Of a stretch of DNA of 64,000 nucleotides, positions 1 to 10,741 are shown one piece after another. The notes beneath the pieces are model-generated. The model was not told the DNA's origin. It searched no databases and saw only the letters and a program-made list of their open reading frames with translations. The stretch covers positions 672,001 to 736,000 of the forward strand of contig OY969585.1 of assembly GCA_963701295.1 (NCBI GenBank), written 5' to 3'. A program made the position numbers and the translations under genes. The stretch is from Ignavibacteriota bacterium. Lineage in GTDB: Bacteria; Bacteroidota; Ignavibacteria; UBA10030. Numbering within the stretch: the first letter of the stretch is position 1; every line of letters begins with the position of its first letter.

Positions 1-20
1 AAACTAACATTTAAAACAAC

Positions 21-54
21 TTAGAAATCTCTAACATAAATTAGAACTTTCTAA
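21..54. promoter_or_regulatory. Tandem palindromic operator-like boxes TTAGAA-N2-TTCTAA
   Basis: TTAGAAATCTCTAA (21-34) and TTAGAACTTTCTAA (41-54), 20-bp period; the motif recurs at 8675-8708. Confidence 0.45.
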
Positions 55-339
55 TCTATCCAAGGGGATAGTGCCGTTGCTTGCCTTTCCAATACCCAAT
101 TGTATGGTTTTTAGGGAACTTTTTCGACCATTTCAACAGAATAAGTCTAAGAAAGCCATGCAAAATGTACAAAGCATTTTACACTACATATCTTTACTCA
201 ATGATGACGATGCCCTTGTTACCCTGTGGCTGTCCTCTTTCCTGCGTTCATCATCAAATATTTTCTTTTGATCTTTTGCCATTAGATCATTGATGATGAT
301 GGGTAGTAAGATTTTCTTTCTCAACAATAACTTTAAGTA

Positions 340-3300
340 CTATTTAAGTACTAAGAACTTTTTTGTAATCGAAACCCCAGCTATTTCTAATCTGTAGAAA
401 TATACACCTGATGTTAACTCTACATTATTTTTGGTTTTGGCTATGTCGAATTCTGGTTGATAATAACCTACATCTTGCTCTTCGTCGATCAATGTGCTAA
501 TTCGTTGTCCGAGTATATTAAAGATAGTCAATTTCACCCATGACTTCTTATAAACAGAATATGGAATTCTCGTGTTTGGATTGAAGGGATTGGGAAAATT
601 CTGACCAAGCTGGACTATCTCATTCGAACAGAGACCAATGCCGCTTACTGCGACATTGAGTGTAGGTGCCCCACTCCCTGCATTTGTAATGTTGCCATTA
701 TAATTCTCCACAACAGTTGGAGAAAATCGAACATAAATAGCTCTTGACGATAAAGTATCACTGCTATAGGAGATAAAAATAGATGAATCAAATCCGGCGC
801 CACTTGTTGTTGACACTTGAAACCCTTTTGATGAGGTTATTGCGATAGTTCCGCCAGCAATCAAATTTGCACCAGAAAGTGTGTATGATTTCTCACGTGA
901 TATTCCGTTGATTGTCACATAACCGAAAGATAGAGATGCTGCACTAATATTTAAAGAAGCAGCGTTTACACCTGTTCCACTTACTGTCACGTCTTGTGTT
1001 GTCGCTCCCCCTCCATCGTTTGTAATATTGCCGATATAACTCTGCACTGCCATCGGAGAAAATCGTACATAAATCGTGGTTGAAGATAAAGTACTAGTTG
1101 TATAAGGAAGATTGATAGAAGAGTTAAAACCCGAACCACTTGTCATAGACACCTCAAAACCCGACGGAGCCGTCATAATAATATTCCCGCTTAGAGGTGT
1201 CAAGTTTGAACCATGTATTGTGAAAGTCGATTCAGCAGATGTAGTATTTATGGGAACATTTCCGAAGGCTACCGAAGTTGAACTCACAGTAAGCAATGGA
1301 GTAATGCTTTCTCCGCTTACCAACACATTCTGCTCTGACGCTCCACCTCCAATATTTGTGATCGTACCGCTATAACTCTGCACTGCCGTTGGAGAAAATC
1401 GTACATAAATTGTTGTTGAAGACAAAGTACTAGTTGTATAAGGGAGATTGATAGCAGAGTTAAAACCTGAACTGCTTGCAGTCGATACGGCAAAGCCGGT
1501 AGGTGCTGTTATTCTCACAGTATCATTTGCAGGCTGCAAGTTCGAACCAGAAAGCGTGTATGTCTGTTCACTTGATGTGTTAATTATAACATTGCCAAAC
1601 AGCAATGATGCTGGACTCACTATTATCGTCGGTGGTACACCACTACCACTCACATATACACTCTGAGCTGATGCACCACCTCCAATATTTGTGATGTTAC
1701 TAGAATAATCTTGCACTGCTGTCGGCGTAAACCTTACATAAATTGTTTTCGCAGAAAGTGTTCCACCTGTATATGCTATTCTTTTTGACGAAGTAAAGCC
1801 TGTGCCGCTTACAGTTGATATTGTAAATCCCAATGGCGTTGTAATGGTAAGAGAATCAATTGCAGGCGATAAGTTTGAACCGGAAAGAGTATAGGCTTTT
1901 TCTGGAGATATGGTGTTTATTGCGACATTGTCAAACGATAGTAATGAAGGATTTGTTGTTAGTAATGGAGCCGATGTAGATACTCCCATCCCGCTTACCA
2001 ACACATTCTGCTCTGACGCTCCACCTCCAATATTTGTGATCGTACCGCTATAACTCTGCACTGCCGTTGGAGAAAATCGTACATAAATTGTTGTTGAAGA
2101 TAAAGTACTAGTTGTATAAGGGAGATTGATAGCAGAGTTAAAACCTGAACTGCTTGCAGTCGATACAGCAAAGCCGGTTGGTGCTGTTATTCTCACAGTA
2201 TCATTTGCAGGCTGCAAGTTCGAACCAGAAAGCGTGTATGTCCGCTCACTTGATCCATTAATTGCAACGCTCCCAAATGGCAATGATAGTAGACTCACTG
2301 TTATTGCCGGCACTACGCCGCTCCCGCTAACAGGCACATTCACGGTTGTTGCGCCGCCTCCAATATTTGTGATGCTTCCGCTATAAGCCTGCAGTAATGT
2401 TGGGGAAAATCTCACATAGATTGTGGTTGCAACCAACGTACCGCCACTATACACAACAGTAAGAGATGAACCAAAGCCCGTTCCGCTTGTTGTAGACACC
2501 TGAAAACCCGTTGGAGCCGTCACGGTATCATTTCCGCTTGCAGGTATAAGGTTTAAGCCAGAAAGAGTGTATGTCAGCTCACTTGATGTGTTAAGTACAA
2601 TACCACCAAATGGCAATGATGGCGGACTCACTGTCAGTGTGGGTGGTGGTGCAGGAACACCACTACCACTTATCGCAACAGTCTGCGTTGCTGCCCCACC
2701 TCCTATATTTATGATAGTTGCATTGTAATTTTGCACCGCTGTCGGCGTAAACCTTACATAGATTGTTTTCGCAGAAAGTGTTCCGCCTGTATATGCTATT
2801 CTTTTTGACGAAGTAAAGCCAGTGCCACTGACAGTTGATATTGTAAATCCCGATTGTGCTGTAATGGTAAGTGAGTCGGCTGCAGGCGACAAGTTCAATC
2901 CCGTTAACGTATAAGTCAGTTCACTTGATATCGTATTGATGGTAACATTTCCAAATGATAAAGATGTCGGGTTTACCGTCAGAGCAGGTGTTGTAGCGGA
3001 GACACCTGTTCCAGTCACTGCGACATTCTGTGTTGTTGCACCGCCACCTGCATTTGTGATATTGCCAGTATAACTCTGCACTGCCGTTGGAGAGAACCTG
3101 ACATAGATTGTTTTCGCAGAAAGTGTTCCACCTGTATATGCTATTCTTTTTGATGAAGTAAAGCCTGAGCTACTATCAGTTGATATTGTAAATCCCGATG
3201 GTGCTGTAATGGTAAGTGAGTCAGCTGCAGGCAATAAATTTGAGCCTTGCACGGTATATGTCTGTTCACTCGATGTTGTATCAATGCGAACGGTCCTAAA

Positions 3301-5160
3301 CGCAAGTGATCCGGGATTAATGGTGATGACCGGTGAAGTACTGCTGATACCAGCGCCGGTTACCGCAACATTCTGTGTTGTTGCACCGCCACCTGCATTC
3401 GTGATATTGCCAGTATAACTCTGCACTGCCGTCGGAGAGAACCTAACATAGATTGTTCTTGAAGATAACGTACTGCCTGTATAGGAGACATTCAATGATG
3501 AACCAAACCCAGAACCACTTGTGACAGATACTTGATATCCGGATGGAGGAGTTATGATAATACTTCCGCTTGCCGGCGATAAATTTGAGCCTTGCACGGT
3601 ATATGTTTTTTTGCTCGAAATCGTATTCACGATTACATTGCCAAAAGAAAAGGATGATGGAGTGATTGTCAATGTTCCTGTTGGTGAACTTGCATCCGAA
3701 TTCCATACTGATCCCGATTCGAGTCCTGTCGCTGCTTGGAATGCTGATAATGACGTGTAAAATACTTCATTAGGATACGGCGTTGCATTAAACCGTCCCG
3801 GACTATGGAAGCTATTATTTATGGATGTTAAGCCAGTAGTAGCATCAAATTTATCCAAGTTAGAATTCGATTGCTGTCCGGTAACATCGTTATGTTCAAA
3901 TAATATTGTAGCAGAAGTGCCGAAAACAGATTCAACGCCTTGTCCTGTCGCAAAACAGTTTATCGTATTATTGTAAATATGGTCTTGACCTGTTCCACCT
4001 AATTGTTCTACTGTTCCTGCTTTACAAAGAGTGACACTTATCGCGGGGCCAATATCACCACCCGTGATGATATTATTATTATGGGCTACCCACTGTTCCC
4101 CGTGCAGATAAATTCCACCTTGCATCCCGATGAAAGTGCAATATCGAACAGTGTCTCCTAAATTTAAATACGTATCAACACCCGAATCAATCACATTCTC
4201 CACAAGGCAATGATCTGCACCACAAGCATTGTCGGATTCAAAACCTAATCCGCACTGTTCTCCACCTTGTGAGATTCCTAACACGCCGTCCATCTCATGA
4301 TTTACTGTGTCATATTTAAACCAGTTGCGCGAACCAAAATAATTATAGATACAAGTCCTGCTTGTTGAATCACAATAACACGAATCAATAAGACAATCAT
4401 GGGTGCCGGTGGAAAGGAACATGGCTTCATTCATACAATTCAACGTCTTGATATGCCGCCAAATCAAATGGTCGCCCGTGAGAGCTTTCAGTGCCGTCCG
4501 GTAATTTCTAAACTCTAAGTTCTGTACGGTGACGTAACTTCCATCTGCAAAACTACCCTCTCGGAAGATGTGTAGTTGTCCTGGTGCATTGCTGTCATTT
4601 GTCCTTACCCATATTGTGTCTGAACCGCCAGCACCTGGGCCATAGCTTGAAGCCACAAAGCTATCCAGAAATTTCCTTAGGCTATCGGCATTGGACAAAT
4701 AAAACTGAATCTCTCCCTCTTGATGTGTCATTTGCTGCCACGCGCCTGAATAATACTCATATCCATACGTCTCCACCGTGCGTCCGCACCACGTTTTGTA
4801 ATAACCAACTCGCCCGGGAACGGCTGTCCATGTATGAAATGACATATCTCCATAGATTATCGGTTTCCCACCTGTGCCATACGCATCTATCACTATACGA
4901 TTAGATGATGTTCCTGTGAATGTTTGAGATATCTCTCCTTCAAAAACGTCTCCCCGTTTAAGCAAAATATGATCCCCCGCATTGAAACTTGACCGCGATA
5001 TTTTGGTCAATGTTTGCCACGGAGTCGTTGTGGATGTCCCATTGTTCCCATCATTCCCACTCGATGAACTAACGTAATACGTCGTCTGTCCATACGTGAG
5101 AGATACTGTGATGAGACTGCAATAAAAGAAGTATTGTATTTTTAATACCGGAAAGCGCAT
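340..5160 (-). CDS. Large secreted T9SS-substrate protein: parallel beta-helix (pectin-lyase-like) domain, nine ~113-aa Ig/ASH-like repeats, T9SS C-terminal sorting domain
   Basis: Signal peptide, then YYVSSSSGNDGNNG..TPWQTL and LLKRGDVF (beta-helix entry motifs); nine xIYVRF[ST]P repeats; C-terminal QNFPNPFNPNT...FNILGQ...SGVYFYRL...TKKFLVLK. Confidence 0.85.
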   Translation of the reverse strand: MRFPVLKIQYFFYCSLITVSLTYGQTTYYVSSSSGNDGNNGTSTTTPWQTLTKISRSSFNAGDHILLKRGDVFEGEISQTFTGTSSNRIVIDAYGTGGKPIIYGDMSFHTWTAVPGRVGYYKTWCGRTVETYGYEYYSGAWQQMTHQEGEIQFYLSNADSLRKFLDSFVASSYGPGAGGSDTIWVRTNDSNAPGQLHIFREGSFADGSYVTVQNLEFRNYRTALKALTGDHLIWRHIKTLNCMNEAMFLSTGTHDCLIDSCYCDSTSRTCIYNYFGSRNWFKYDTVNHEMDGVLGISQGGEQCGLGFESDNACGADHCLVENVIDSGVDTYLNLGDTVRYCTFIGMQGGIYLHGEQWVAHNNNIITGGDIGPAISVTLCKAGTVEQLGGTGQDHIYNNTINCFATGQGVESVFGTSATILFEHNDVTGQQSNSNLDKFDATTGLTSINNSFHSPGRFNATPYPNEVFYTSLSAFQAATGLESGSVWNSDASSPTGTLTITPSSFSFGNVIVNTISSKKTYTVQGSNLSPASGSIIITPPSGYQVSVTSGSGFGSSLNVSYTGSTLSSRTIYVRFSPTAVQSYTGNITNAGGGATTQNVAVTGAGISSTSPVITINPGSLAFRTVRIDTTSSEQTYTVQGSNLLPAADSLTITAPSGFTISTDSSSGFTSSKRIAYTGGTLSAKTIYVRFSPTAVQSYTGNITNAGGGATTQNVAVTGTGVSATTPALTVNPTSLSFGNVTINTISSELTYTLTGLNLSPAADSLTITAQSGFTISTVSGTGFTSSKRIAYTGGTLSAKTIYVRFTPTAVQNYNATIINIGGGAATQTVAISGSGVPAPPPTLTVSPPSLPFGGIVLNTSSELTYTLSGLNLIPASGNDTVTAPTGFQVSTTSGTGFGSSLTVVYSGGTLVATTIYVRFSPTLLQAYSGSITNIGGGATTVNVPVSGSGVVPAITVSLLSLPFGSVAINGSSERTYTLSGSNLQPANDTVRITAPTGFAVSTASSSGFNSAINLPYTTSTLSSTTIYVRFSPTAVQSYSGTITNIGGGASEQNVLVSGMGVSTSAPLLTTNPSLLSFDNVAINTISPEKAYTLSGSNLSPAIDSLTITTPLGFTISTVSGTGFTSSKRIAYTGGTLSAKTIYVRFTPTAVQDYSSNITNIGGGASAQSVYVSGSGVPPTIIVSPASLLFGNVIINTSSEQTYTLSGSNLQPANDTVRITAPTGFAVSTASSSGFNSAINLPYTTSTLSSTTIYVRFSPTAVQSYSGTITNIGGGASEQNVLVSGESITPLLTVSSTSVAFGNVPINTTSAESTFTIHGSNLTPLSGNIIMTAPSGFEVSMTSGSGFNSSINLPYTTSTLSSTTIYVRFSPMAVQSYIGNITNDGGGATTQDVTVSGTGVNAASLNISAASLSFGYVTINGISREKSYTLSGANLIAGGTIAITSSKGFQVSTTSGAGFDSSIFISYSSDTLSSRAIYVRFSPTVVENYNGNITNAGSGAPTLNVAVSGIGLCSNEIVQLGQNFPNPFNPNTRIPYSVYKKSWVKLTIFNILGQRISTLIDEEQDVGYYQPEFDIAKTKNNVELTSGVYFYRLEIAGVSITKKFLVLK
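1313..2242. repeat. Intragenic near-identical direct repeat, 1313-1564 vs 1991-2242 (offset 678 bp)
   Basis: About 250 bp with 3 mismatches by eye; corresponds to protein repeats 7 and 5. Confidence 0.9.
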
Positions 5161-5575
5161 TGTGGCGAGAGAGAGCTTTTGTCTGCCTCTAATTCTGATG
5201 ATGATGGTTTAAAATCACTCTTAATATTGGAATTCTTCCCTCTGTGGATACGTTATAAAATAACACAATACTGCAGAAACGCAAGTTTCTATATCAAATC
5301 TTAGGATAAGATTTTGGATGCTTTTTAAAAAACCACTTTTATGATTTTCCCACAATGCTTACAAATGTGAAATCACAGAATGTTTGCAGGAACTATGATA
5401 TTTTACTCTTGTACGTGTGCAAAGCAACGCACTGTAATCAGATAGAACTTTGATTGAGGTTCATATTTCACAGACATGTTTAGTGTCTTGATTCCACCAG
5501 TTGCTATTGACATATCTCCATTTTCTGCCTAACTTTTGACGTTCTTTCTGGGGCGTTCAATTAAAACAATATGTT

Positions 5576-6295
5576 TTGATGCATCTCCCCCCTCCACCAG
5601 AATCAGAGTTGAGCAACGTGCATATTAAGATCCTTTTAGTTGAAGATGAACGTAAATTAGCCCGTGTTATCGGACGCCAACTGACACGAGCAAACTATGA
5701 AGTCGATATCGTGCACGATGGACAAAGCGCTATTAACAATATTCTCTCAGAAGAATATCATATTATCGTTCTTGATCTAAATATACCGAATAAATCAGGA
5801 ATCGAAGTTCTTAATGAAATTCGATCAAAATCATATCTTACTCCAGTCCTGATTATATCAGCACGGGATACTGTAAAAGATAAAGTGATCGGACTTGAAA
5901 TTGGTGCCGATGATTATCTCACCAAGCCTTTTGATTCTAGCGAGTTGCTTGCCCGCATTCAGGCAATCCTCCGGCGATCGGGAACACTTCGCACCGCGAT
6001 CTTGAAAGCCCACGACTTGAGCATGGATATGGTCAAGCGAACCGTTATGCGAGGCGACAAGAAAATCAATCTCACACAAACTGAATTTTCCTTATTAGAA
6101 TTTTTTCTTCGTAATAAAAATACCATCCTCACAAGACGCAGGATAGCCGAACAAGTTTGGGGATACAAGTTCGAGACAGGAACAAATATTGTCGATGTCT
6201 ATGTCAGCTATCTGAGAGATTCTATTGATAAGGAATTTCAAAAAAAGTTGATCGAAACAATCCGCGGCGAAGGGTTTATGCTGAAAGATACTTGA
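5576..6295 (+). CDS. OmpR/PhoB-family response regulator (true start may be slightly downstream)
   Basis: ILLVEDE, IVLDL, GADDYLTKPF receiver motifs; winged-helix TNIVDVYVSYLR...TIRGEGF. Confidence 0.93.
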   Translation: MMHLPPPPESELSNVHIKILLVEDERKLARVIGRQLTRANYEVDIVHDGQSAINNILSEEYHIIVLDLNIPNKSGIEVLNEIRSKSYLTPVLIISARDTVKDKVIGLEIGADDYLTKPFDSSELLARIQAILRRSGTLRTAILKAHDLSMDMVKRTVMRGDKKINLTQTEFSLLEFFLRNKNTILTRRRIAEQVWGYKFETGTNIVDVYVSYLRDSIDKEFQKKLIETIRGEGFMLKDT

Positions 6296-6298
6296 GGT

Positions 6299-7690
6299 AT
6301 GGGCGGTCACTCATTTCAAGAAACTCGTGGAATTCTTTGGTTCAGTGGTATTTCCATTGGAATAGTATTGTGTTCAATTTTTGTTTGGTTTCTTGTTTTG
6401 CAGGAATCTTCTGAAAAGAAAATAGATCAAACGCTGCAGCAAGAGGTTCGTACGATCAATGTACTTTTCAAAGTTCTCGTCACACGCAACATTCCATCTT
6501 CTCTGATGATGAGTGAGATTACTCGTCAAGTCTGTTCAGATCAAAGAACGTTATCTTTAGAGATTCGCGACACCCAAGGGAACTATGATATAAAGACAGG
6601 TTATTTTGACTCTTCTCTTATATCCCTTGGATGTGTATCGCTCATGCAGCCAATCACCATAACATTGAAGGATGGTGTATACCGTGCTTATGGACAAATA
6701 TTTGACGGATATTCCATTTGCGTTGCTGTCCAAATGCCTACATATTGGAATCTCCTAAAGGAAAATTATTCAAGTCCTTCCATTTTGTTCCCCTTTTTAA
6801 CTATCGTACTTGCGGTAATAGGAATATGGAGCATCGTTCGGCTTCATCAACCAATCCAGCGACTTGACCAATATCTGCAGACTCTTATTCAACAGCCTAT
6901 TGGGAATGAACTTCTCAAACCTCCGCCATCTCCCAAGGGAGATGTGTACCAATTGACTCAAACGGTAGCTAAGATCGTCGAACGACTTCATGCATCAAGA
7001 AATCAAGCACTCCAATTTTCTTCGTTTGCAACCCATGAGTTGCGAACGCCGCTTTCCATCATTCGTAATCAGTTAGAATCTGCCCTTGCTTCCCAATCTA
7101 GAACCAAGGAACTCCGCAGCGTCGTTGCATCGGCATACGATGAAATGCTCCGGCTCAGCCGAACTGTCGAAGATTTGCTCAGTCTGGGAACGATGCAGGT
7201 AGGAACCTTGACTCTCAACCTCGAAACAATCTCTCTCTTTAAATTTCTCAATCAGTTTTATGATGAAGCGTTGTTCCTCTCACGTCCAAAAAATATTACT
7301 GTCGTCCTAAAGAAAGGTCCGGAAGTATACTTGAAAGTTGATGTCATACGATTGCGTCAGGTGTTTTTCAATTTACTTGACAACGCCATTAAAAACACAC
7401 CTTCCGGTAACCGTATCCGACTGAGCTATCATATCGAAAACAACGATGTTGTCATAGTATTTGCCGATACAGGGATCGGCATCGCACCAGATAAGCTCGA
7501 GAAGATATTCGAACCGTTTTTTACGTACACAAAGAAAAGTGAAATTCATCGAGGCGCCGGTCTTGGTCTGGCGCTGGTCAAATGGATTATTGAGCTTCAT
7601 CGAGGAAACATTACTGTGTTCAGTGAAATTAATAAAGGGACAGAATTTATGATTTCCTTGCCCTATGAACGAGTACTTGAGAAGTTGTGA
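6299..7690 (+). CDS. Membrane sensor histidine kinase
   Basis: Two TM segments; H-box THELRTPL, N-box NLLDNAIK, DTGIG, GAGLGL; 3 bp after the regulator. Confidence 0.93.
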   Translation: MGGHSFQETRGILWFSGISIGIVLCSIFVWFLVLQESSEKKIDQTLQQEVRTINVLFKVLVTRNIPSSLMMSEITRQVCSDQRTLSLEIRDTQGNYDIKTGYFDSSLISLGCVSLMQPITITLKDGVYRAYGQIFDGYSICVAVQMPTYWNLLKENYSSPSILFPFLTIVLAVIGIWSIVRLHQPIQRLDQYLQTLIQQPIGNELLKPPPSPKGDVYQLTQTVAKIVERLHASRNQALQFSSFATHELRTPLSIIRNQLESALASQSRTKELRSVVASAYDEMLRLSRTVEDLLSLGTMQVGTLTLNLETISLFKFLNQFYDEALFLSRPKNITVVLKKGPEVYLKVDVIRLRQVFFNLLDNAIKNTPSGNRIRLSYHIENNDVVIVFADTGIGIAPDKLEKIFEPFFTYTKKSEIHRGAGLGLALVKWIIELHRGNITVFSEINKGTEFMISLPYERVLEKL

Positions 7691-7814
7691 TATTTTAATA
7701 TATTTCCGCTGGGATTTTTCCCGTGCGGTTCAACTTGAACAGACTTGCGGAGTTTGTGCACACTTAATGATACACTCTTTGTTTATTACGAAAAACATTT
7801 AAGGAAGAGACAGT

Positions 7815-8606
7815 ATGCAAAGTCCTTTTGAAGAAAACACAGAAGAGACAAGAAAAATTCATGTCCTTATTGCTGATGATGAAGAATCTTTCCGTAAATC
7901 CATCGTCTTTTTTCTTAAATCCACGAATCGGTATGACGTGGACTCGGTAGAATCCGGTACCGATGCATTGGATGCGCTGAAACAACAGACGTATAACGTG
8001 CTCGTCTTGGATTACAAAATGCCTGGACTTACAGGTTTAAATGTATTGCAAAAAATGATTGAAGAGAAAATAGATACACCGGCTATCATGCTCACCGGTG
8101 CAGGCTCAGAGAATATTGCGGCAGAAGCAATAAAGCTCGGTGCCTATGATTATATACGGAAAGACCTCTTCGACCTTAACCACCTGCCGATTCTTATCAA
8201 TGGAGTTCATGAACGGTATCTGTTCAAAAAGGAGCGGATACTGTATGAGGATCTTCATAGACAGAAAGGACATAACCTTGCAACCGCTGAGCTGACCCGC
8301 AACTATATTTCGATAAACGCCCAACTTCTGAACACAACGCTCTCAATGATTTCCATGGTTATGGAAGACACTGAAAAGGAACTTAAATTGAACCTCCCAC
8401 AGGAAGCGAAACTTCATATTGAAGAAGCATATGGGACTCTCAAAGAAAGTTTTAGAATCATCTCTTTTGGCTCAAAGTCCCTTCTGAATCTCACTCGTAC
8501 GATATCAAGCAGACTTGAAGGGACTATTGATGTCCAACATGATATTGAAGAGCTTGATGCCAAGTTGGTCATCCTTAAAGAAAAAATGAAAACCATGATG
8601 AGATAG
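7815..8606 (+). CDS. Response regulator: receiver plus helical C-terminal region
   Basis: LIADDE, VLDYKMP, MLTG, GAYDYIRK; paralog of 8772-9545. Confidence 0.85.
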   Translation: MQSPFEENTEETRKIHVLIADDEESFRKSIVFFLKSTNRYDVDSVESGTDALDALKQQTYNVLVLDYKMPGLTGLNVLQKMIEEKIDTPAIMLTGAGSENIAAEAIKLGAYDYIRKDLFDLNHLPILINGVHERYLFKKERILYEDLHRQKGHNLATAELTRNYISINAQLLNTTLSMISMVMEDTEKELKLNLPQEAKLHIEEAYGTLKESFRIISFGSKSLLNLTRTISSRLEGTIDVQHDIEELDAKLVILKEKMKTMMR

Positions 8607-8674
8607 ACATGATGTTTTACTCCTGTACGATTTTTTAAAATACCTTTTTTTATGATCATTACAACAAACTTATT

Positions 8675-8708
8675 TAAATAAGTTCTAACAGACGTTAGAA
8701 CATTCTAA
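8675..8708. promoter_or_regulatory. Operator-like boxes upstream of the second receiver gene
   Basis: TTAGAACATTCTAA (8695-8708) with a degenerate copy 20 bp upstream (TTCTAA at 8683-8688). Confidence 0.45.
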
Positions 8709-8771
8709 TTTGCATTCTGTATGTTTTCCCTTTAACTTTTTAGAGAATATTATAATTTGAAATAGGACAAA

Positions 8772-9545
8772 ATGCCTAAAACTCTTACAATACTTTTTGC
8801 GGAAGATGAACCATCCTTCAGACTTGCTGCATCTACATTTCTCTCCTCTCAGGGATTTCAAGTTGAAGTGTGTGAGTCAGGAAAAGCCGCGGTGAAAGCA
8901 CTCGCGCGTTCACAGTTTGATGTTGTGATTCTCGATTACCGCATGCCGGAAATGTCGGGACTGAACGTGCTGCAATGGATGCACGAACAGAAGTTTGAGA
9001 CTCCGGTTATCATGCTCACCGGTGCTGGTTCAGAAACGATTGCTGTTGAGGCACTCAAACTCGGAGCGTATGATTACATACCCAAAGATCACCTCGAGTT
9101 TCATCATCTGCCCATTGTGATCAATGGGGTGTATGAACGCTATTTATTCCGGAAGGAAAAGAGACTTCGCGAAGAATTTGACCGGCACCGAGAAAGCGAT
9201 CGTACAACATTAGATCTTTTTCATTCAACCCTTACTTCGCTCTCTCATATTCTCAATAACTCTCTCTCTTTACTTGCCTTAAGTCTTGAGGAAGATTTCA
9301 AACCTCTTCTTCCGTCCCTTTCGCAAGAAGGACAGCAACATCTTCAAGGCGCATTTGCAGAAATGCGACAGCAATTTGATGTTCTCTCCTCCGGTATAGA
9401 CTCATTACTGGCCCTCTCTCATGCAATACATGAAAAACTCGTTGGCACAAAAAGTTATGAAGAGGTACAACAAGATGTGAGCAGGAGCATGTCTAAACTT
9501 ATAGAAGAACACAAAAATGCCATGAACCATGACACTAGAAGCTGA
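8772..9545 (+). CDS. Response regulator: receiver plus DHp-like helical region, no ATPase domain
   Basis: FAEDE, ILDYRMP, MLTG, GAYDYIPK; SLSHILNNSL resembles a kinase H-box. Confidence 0.85.
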   Translation: MPKTLTILFAEDEPSFRLAASTFLSSQGFQVEVCESGKAAVKALARSQFDVVILDYRMPEMSGLNVLQWMHEQKFETPVIMLTGAGSETIAVEALKLGAYDYIPKDHLEFHHLPIVINGVYERYLFRKEKRLREEFDRHRESDRTTLDLFHSTLTSLSHILNNSLSLLALSLEEDFKPLLPSLSQEGQQHLQGAFAEMRQQFDVLSSGIDSLLALSHAIHEKLVGTKSYEEVQQDVSRSMSKLIEEHKNAMNHDTRS

Positions 9546-10077
9546 ACCGTTGGTGCAGGGTTCTCATATACCCTTCTCCCCCTCCGAGTATTCTTTTACT
9601 CCGAAGTTTCACCTTTTTATCTACCAGAAATTTTTATTCTGCTTGACTATGTTGCCTTTTTTCATCCCTTGAGAAAGCAAACGTGCATAGTTCATATGCA
9701 AAGAGTAAATATATCGATTTATTTCAAGGAGTTCGTTTCGAGAAAATAGTCACACATTTCTCAGATCTTCATCAAAGTTCTCTTATAATGATCGATATGT
9801 ATCTGTAAATATTAAAATTTTTCTGCTTCTTCGGTCTGTGCGAAGTTGTTCAATCGCATCTTGTTTTGTTTCCATCGTCGTTGTTTTTTGGGGAATATTC
9901 GAAGAGTCATTATTTATTCTATTAAATGATGGTTCATACTGAAAGGTTTCTAAGAAATGAATGGAGAATATGCTTTATCGAAGAATTGAAGTGTAAACCC
10001 AACCAGAATTTGTATGCTTGTGCTCTGCAGCAACAGCGCAGATAGTGCAAAGCTATCTATTAACAGCTATGGAAATA

Positions 10078-10662
10078 TCAATTCCTAAATAGTATGTTGA
10101 TTTCTTTTCCGGATATTTCTCTAAAAATGGGCGTTAGGAGAGCTTTTGCATTATTCTTGCACGTTTCTTCATAGCCCGTTTTTCCCGCTTCTTCAATGAT
10201 CGTCATTTCGGCAGTTTTATATGCCTCGTCCACTAAGTTCGCCGTAGAAAATCCACCCCATTCAATATTATATATTTTTGATTTTTCGTGATTGACCTTA
10301 GACATGAGGATCTCCGGCTTCGGTAATGTAATGGTAATCTGAGTTCCGGAATCGGCGATATCATCTCTCTGTACTTTTTCGAGGTCTATTCCTGCAATCA
10401 CTTCACCGGCGATAATCAGGACAGCCTTTGCATTCGGCAAAAAGAACGGCCTTTCACTTGTTTGTTCCAGGACATCCTTGATGTTCACCTTGACTAACTC
10501 AAGTTTTCCCATTTTTTCAATTTTATCAACGGAAAGCAAGTGCTCTGACTTATACTTTTCTGTCATACTCCTATAGAGAACGATGCCTATAATACCGCTG
10601 CCACACACAACGATGATCAAGAGAATGAGGAGAATTAATATTCGTTTCATGGGTATCTCCAT
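10078..10662 (-). CDS. DUF4230-like membrane-anchored protein
   Basis: N-terminal TM; GEVIAGIDL...ITITLPKPEI...A..NA motif pattern. Confidence 0.75.
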   Translation of the reverse strand: MEIPMKRILILLILLIIVVCGSGIIGIVLYRSMTEKYKSEHLLSVDKIEKMGKLELVKVNIKDVLEQTSERPFFLPNAKAVLIIAGEVIAGIDLEKVQRDDIADSGTQITITLPKPEILMSKVNHEKSKIYNIEWGGFSTANLVDEAYKTAEMTIIEEAGKTGYEETCKNNAKALLTPIFREISGKEINILFRN

Positions 10663-10741
10663 GGAATTGTCTTTGTTGCACTCATAGTGCTATTTCCTCT
10701 AATACTTTTAACACTGTTGTACATTTCAATTCTTGATAAAA

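Noticed and set aside
1313-2242. DGR template/variable repeat pair
   Set aside because: Both copies are in-frame domain repeats with a few synonymous differences that are not adenine-specific; no reverse transcriptase
640-3680. CRISPR-like periodicity
   Set aside because: The period is ~340 bp of coding repeats, not short repeats with unique spacers; no cas genes
9546-10077. 530-bp gap between convergent genes as a possible ncRNA locus
   Set aside because: Only short weak hairpins; no recognisable RNA family or promoter-terminator pair
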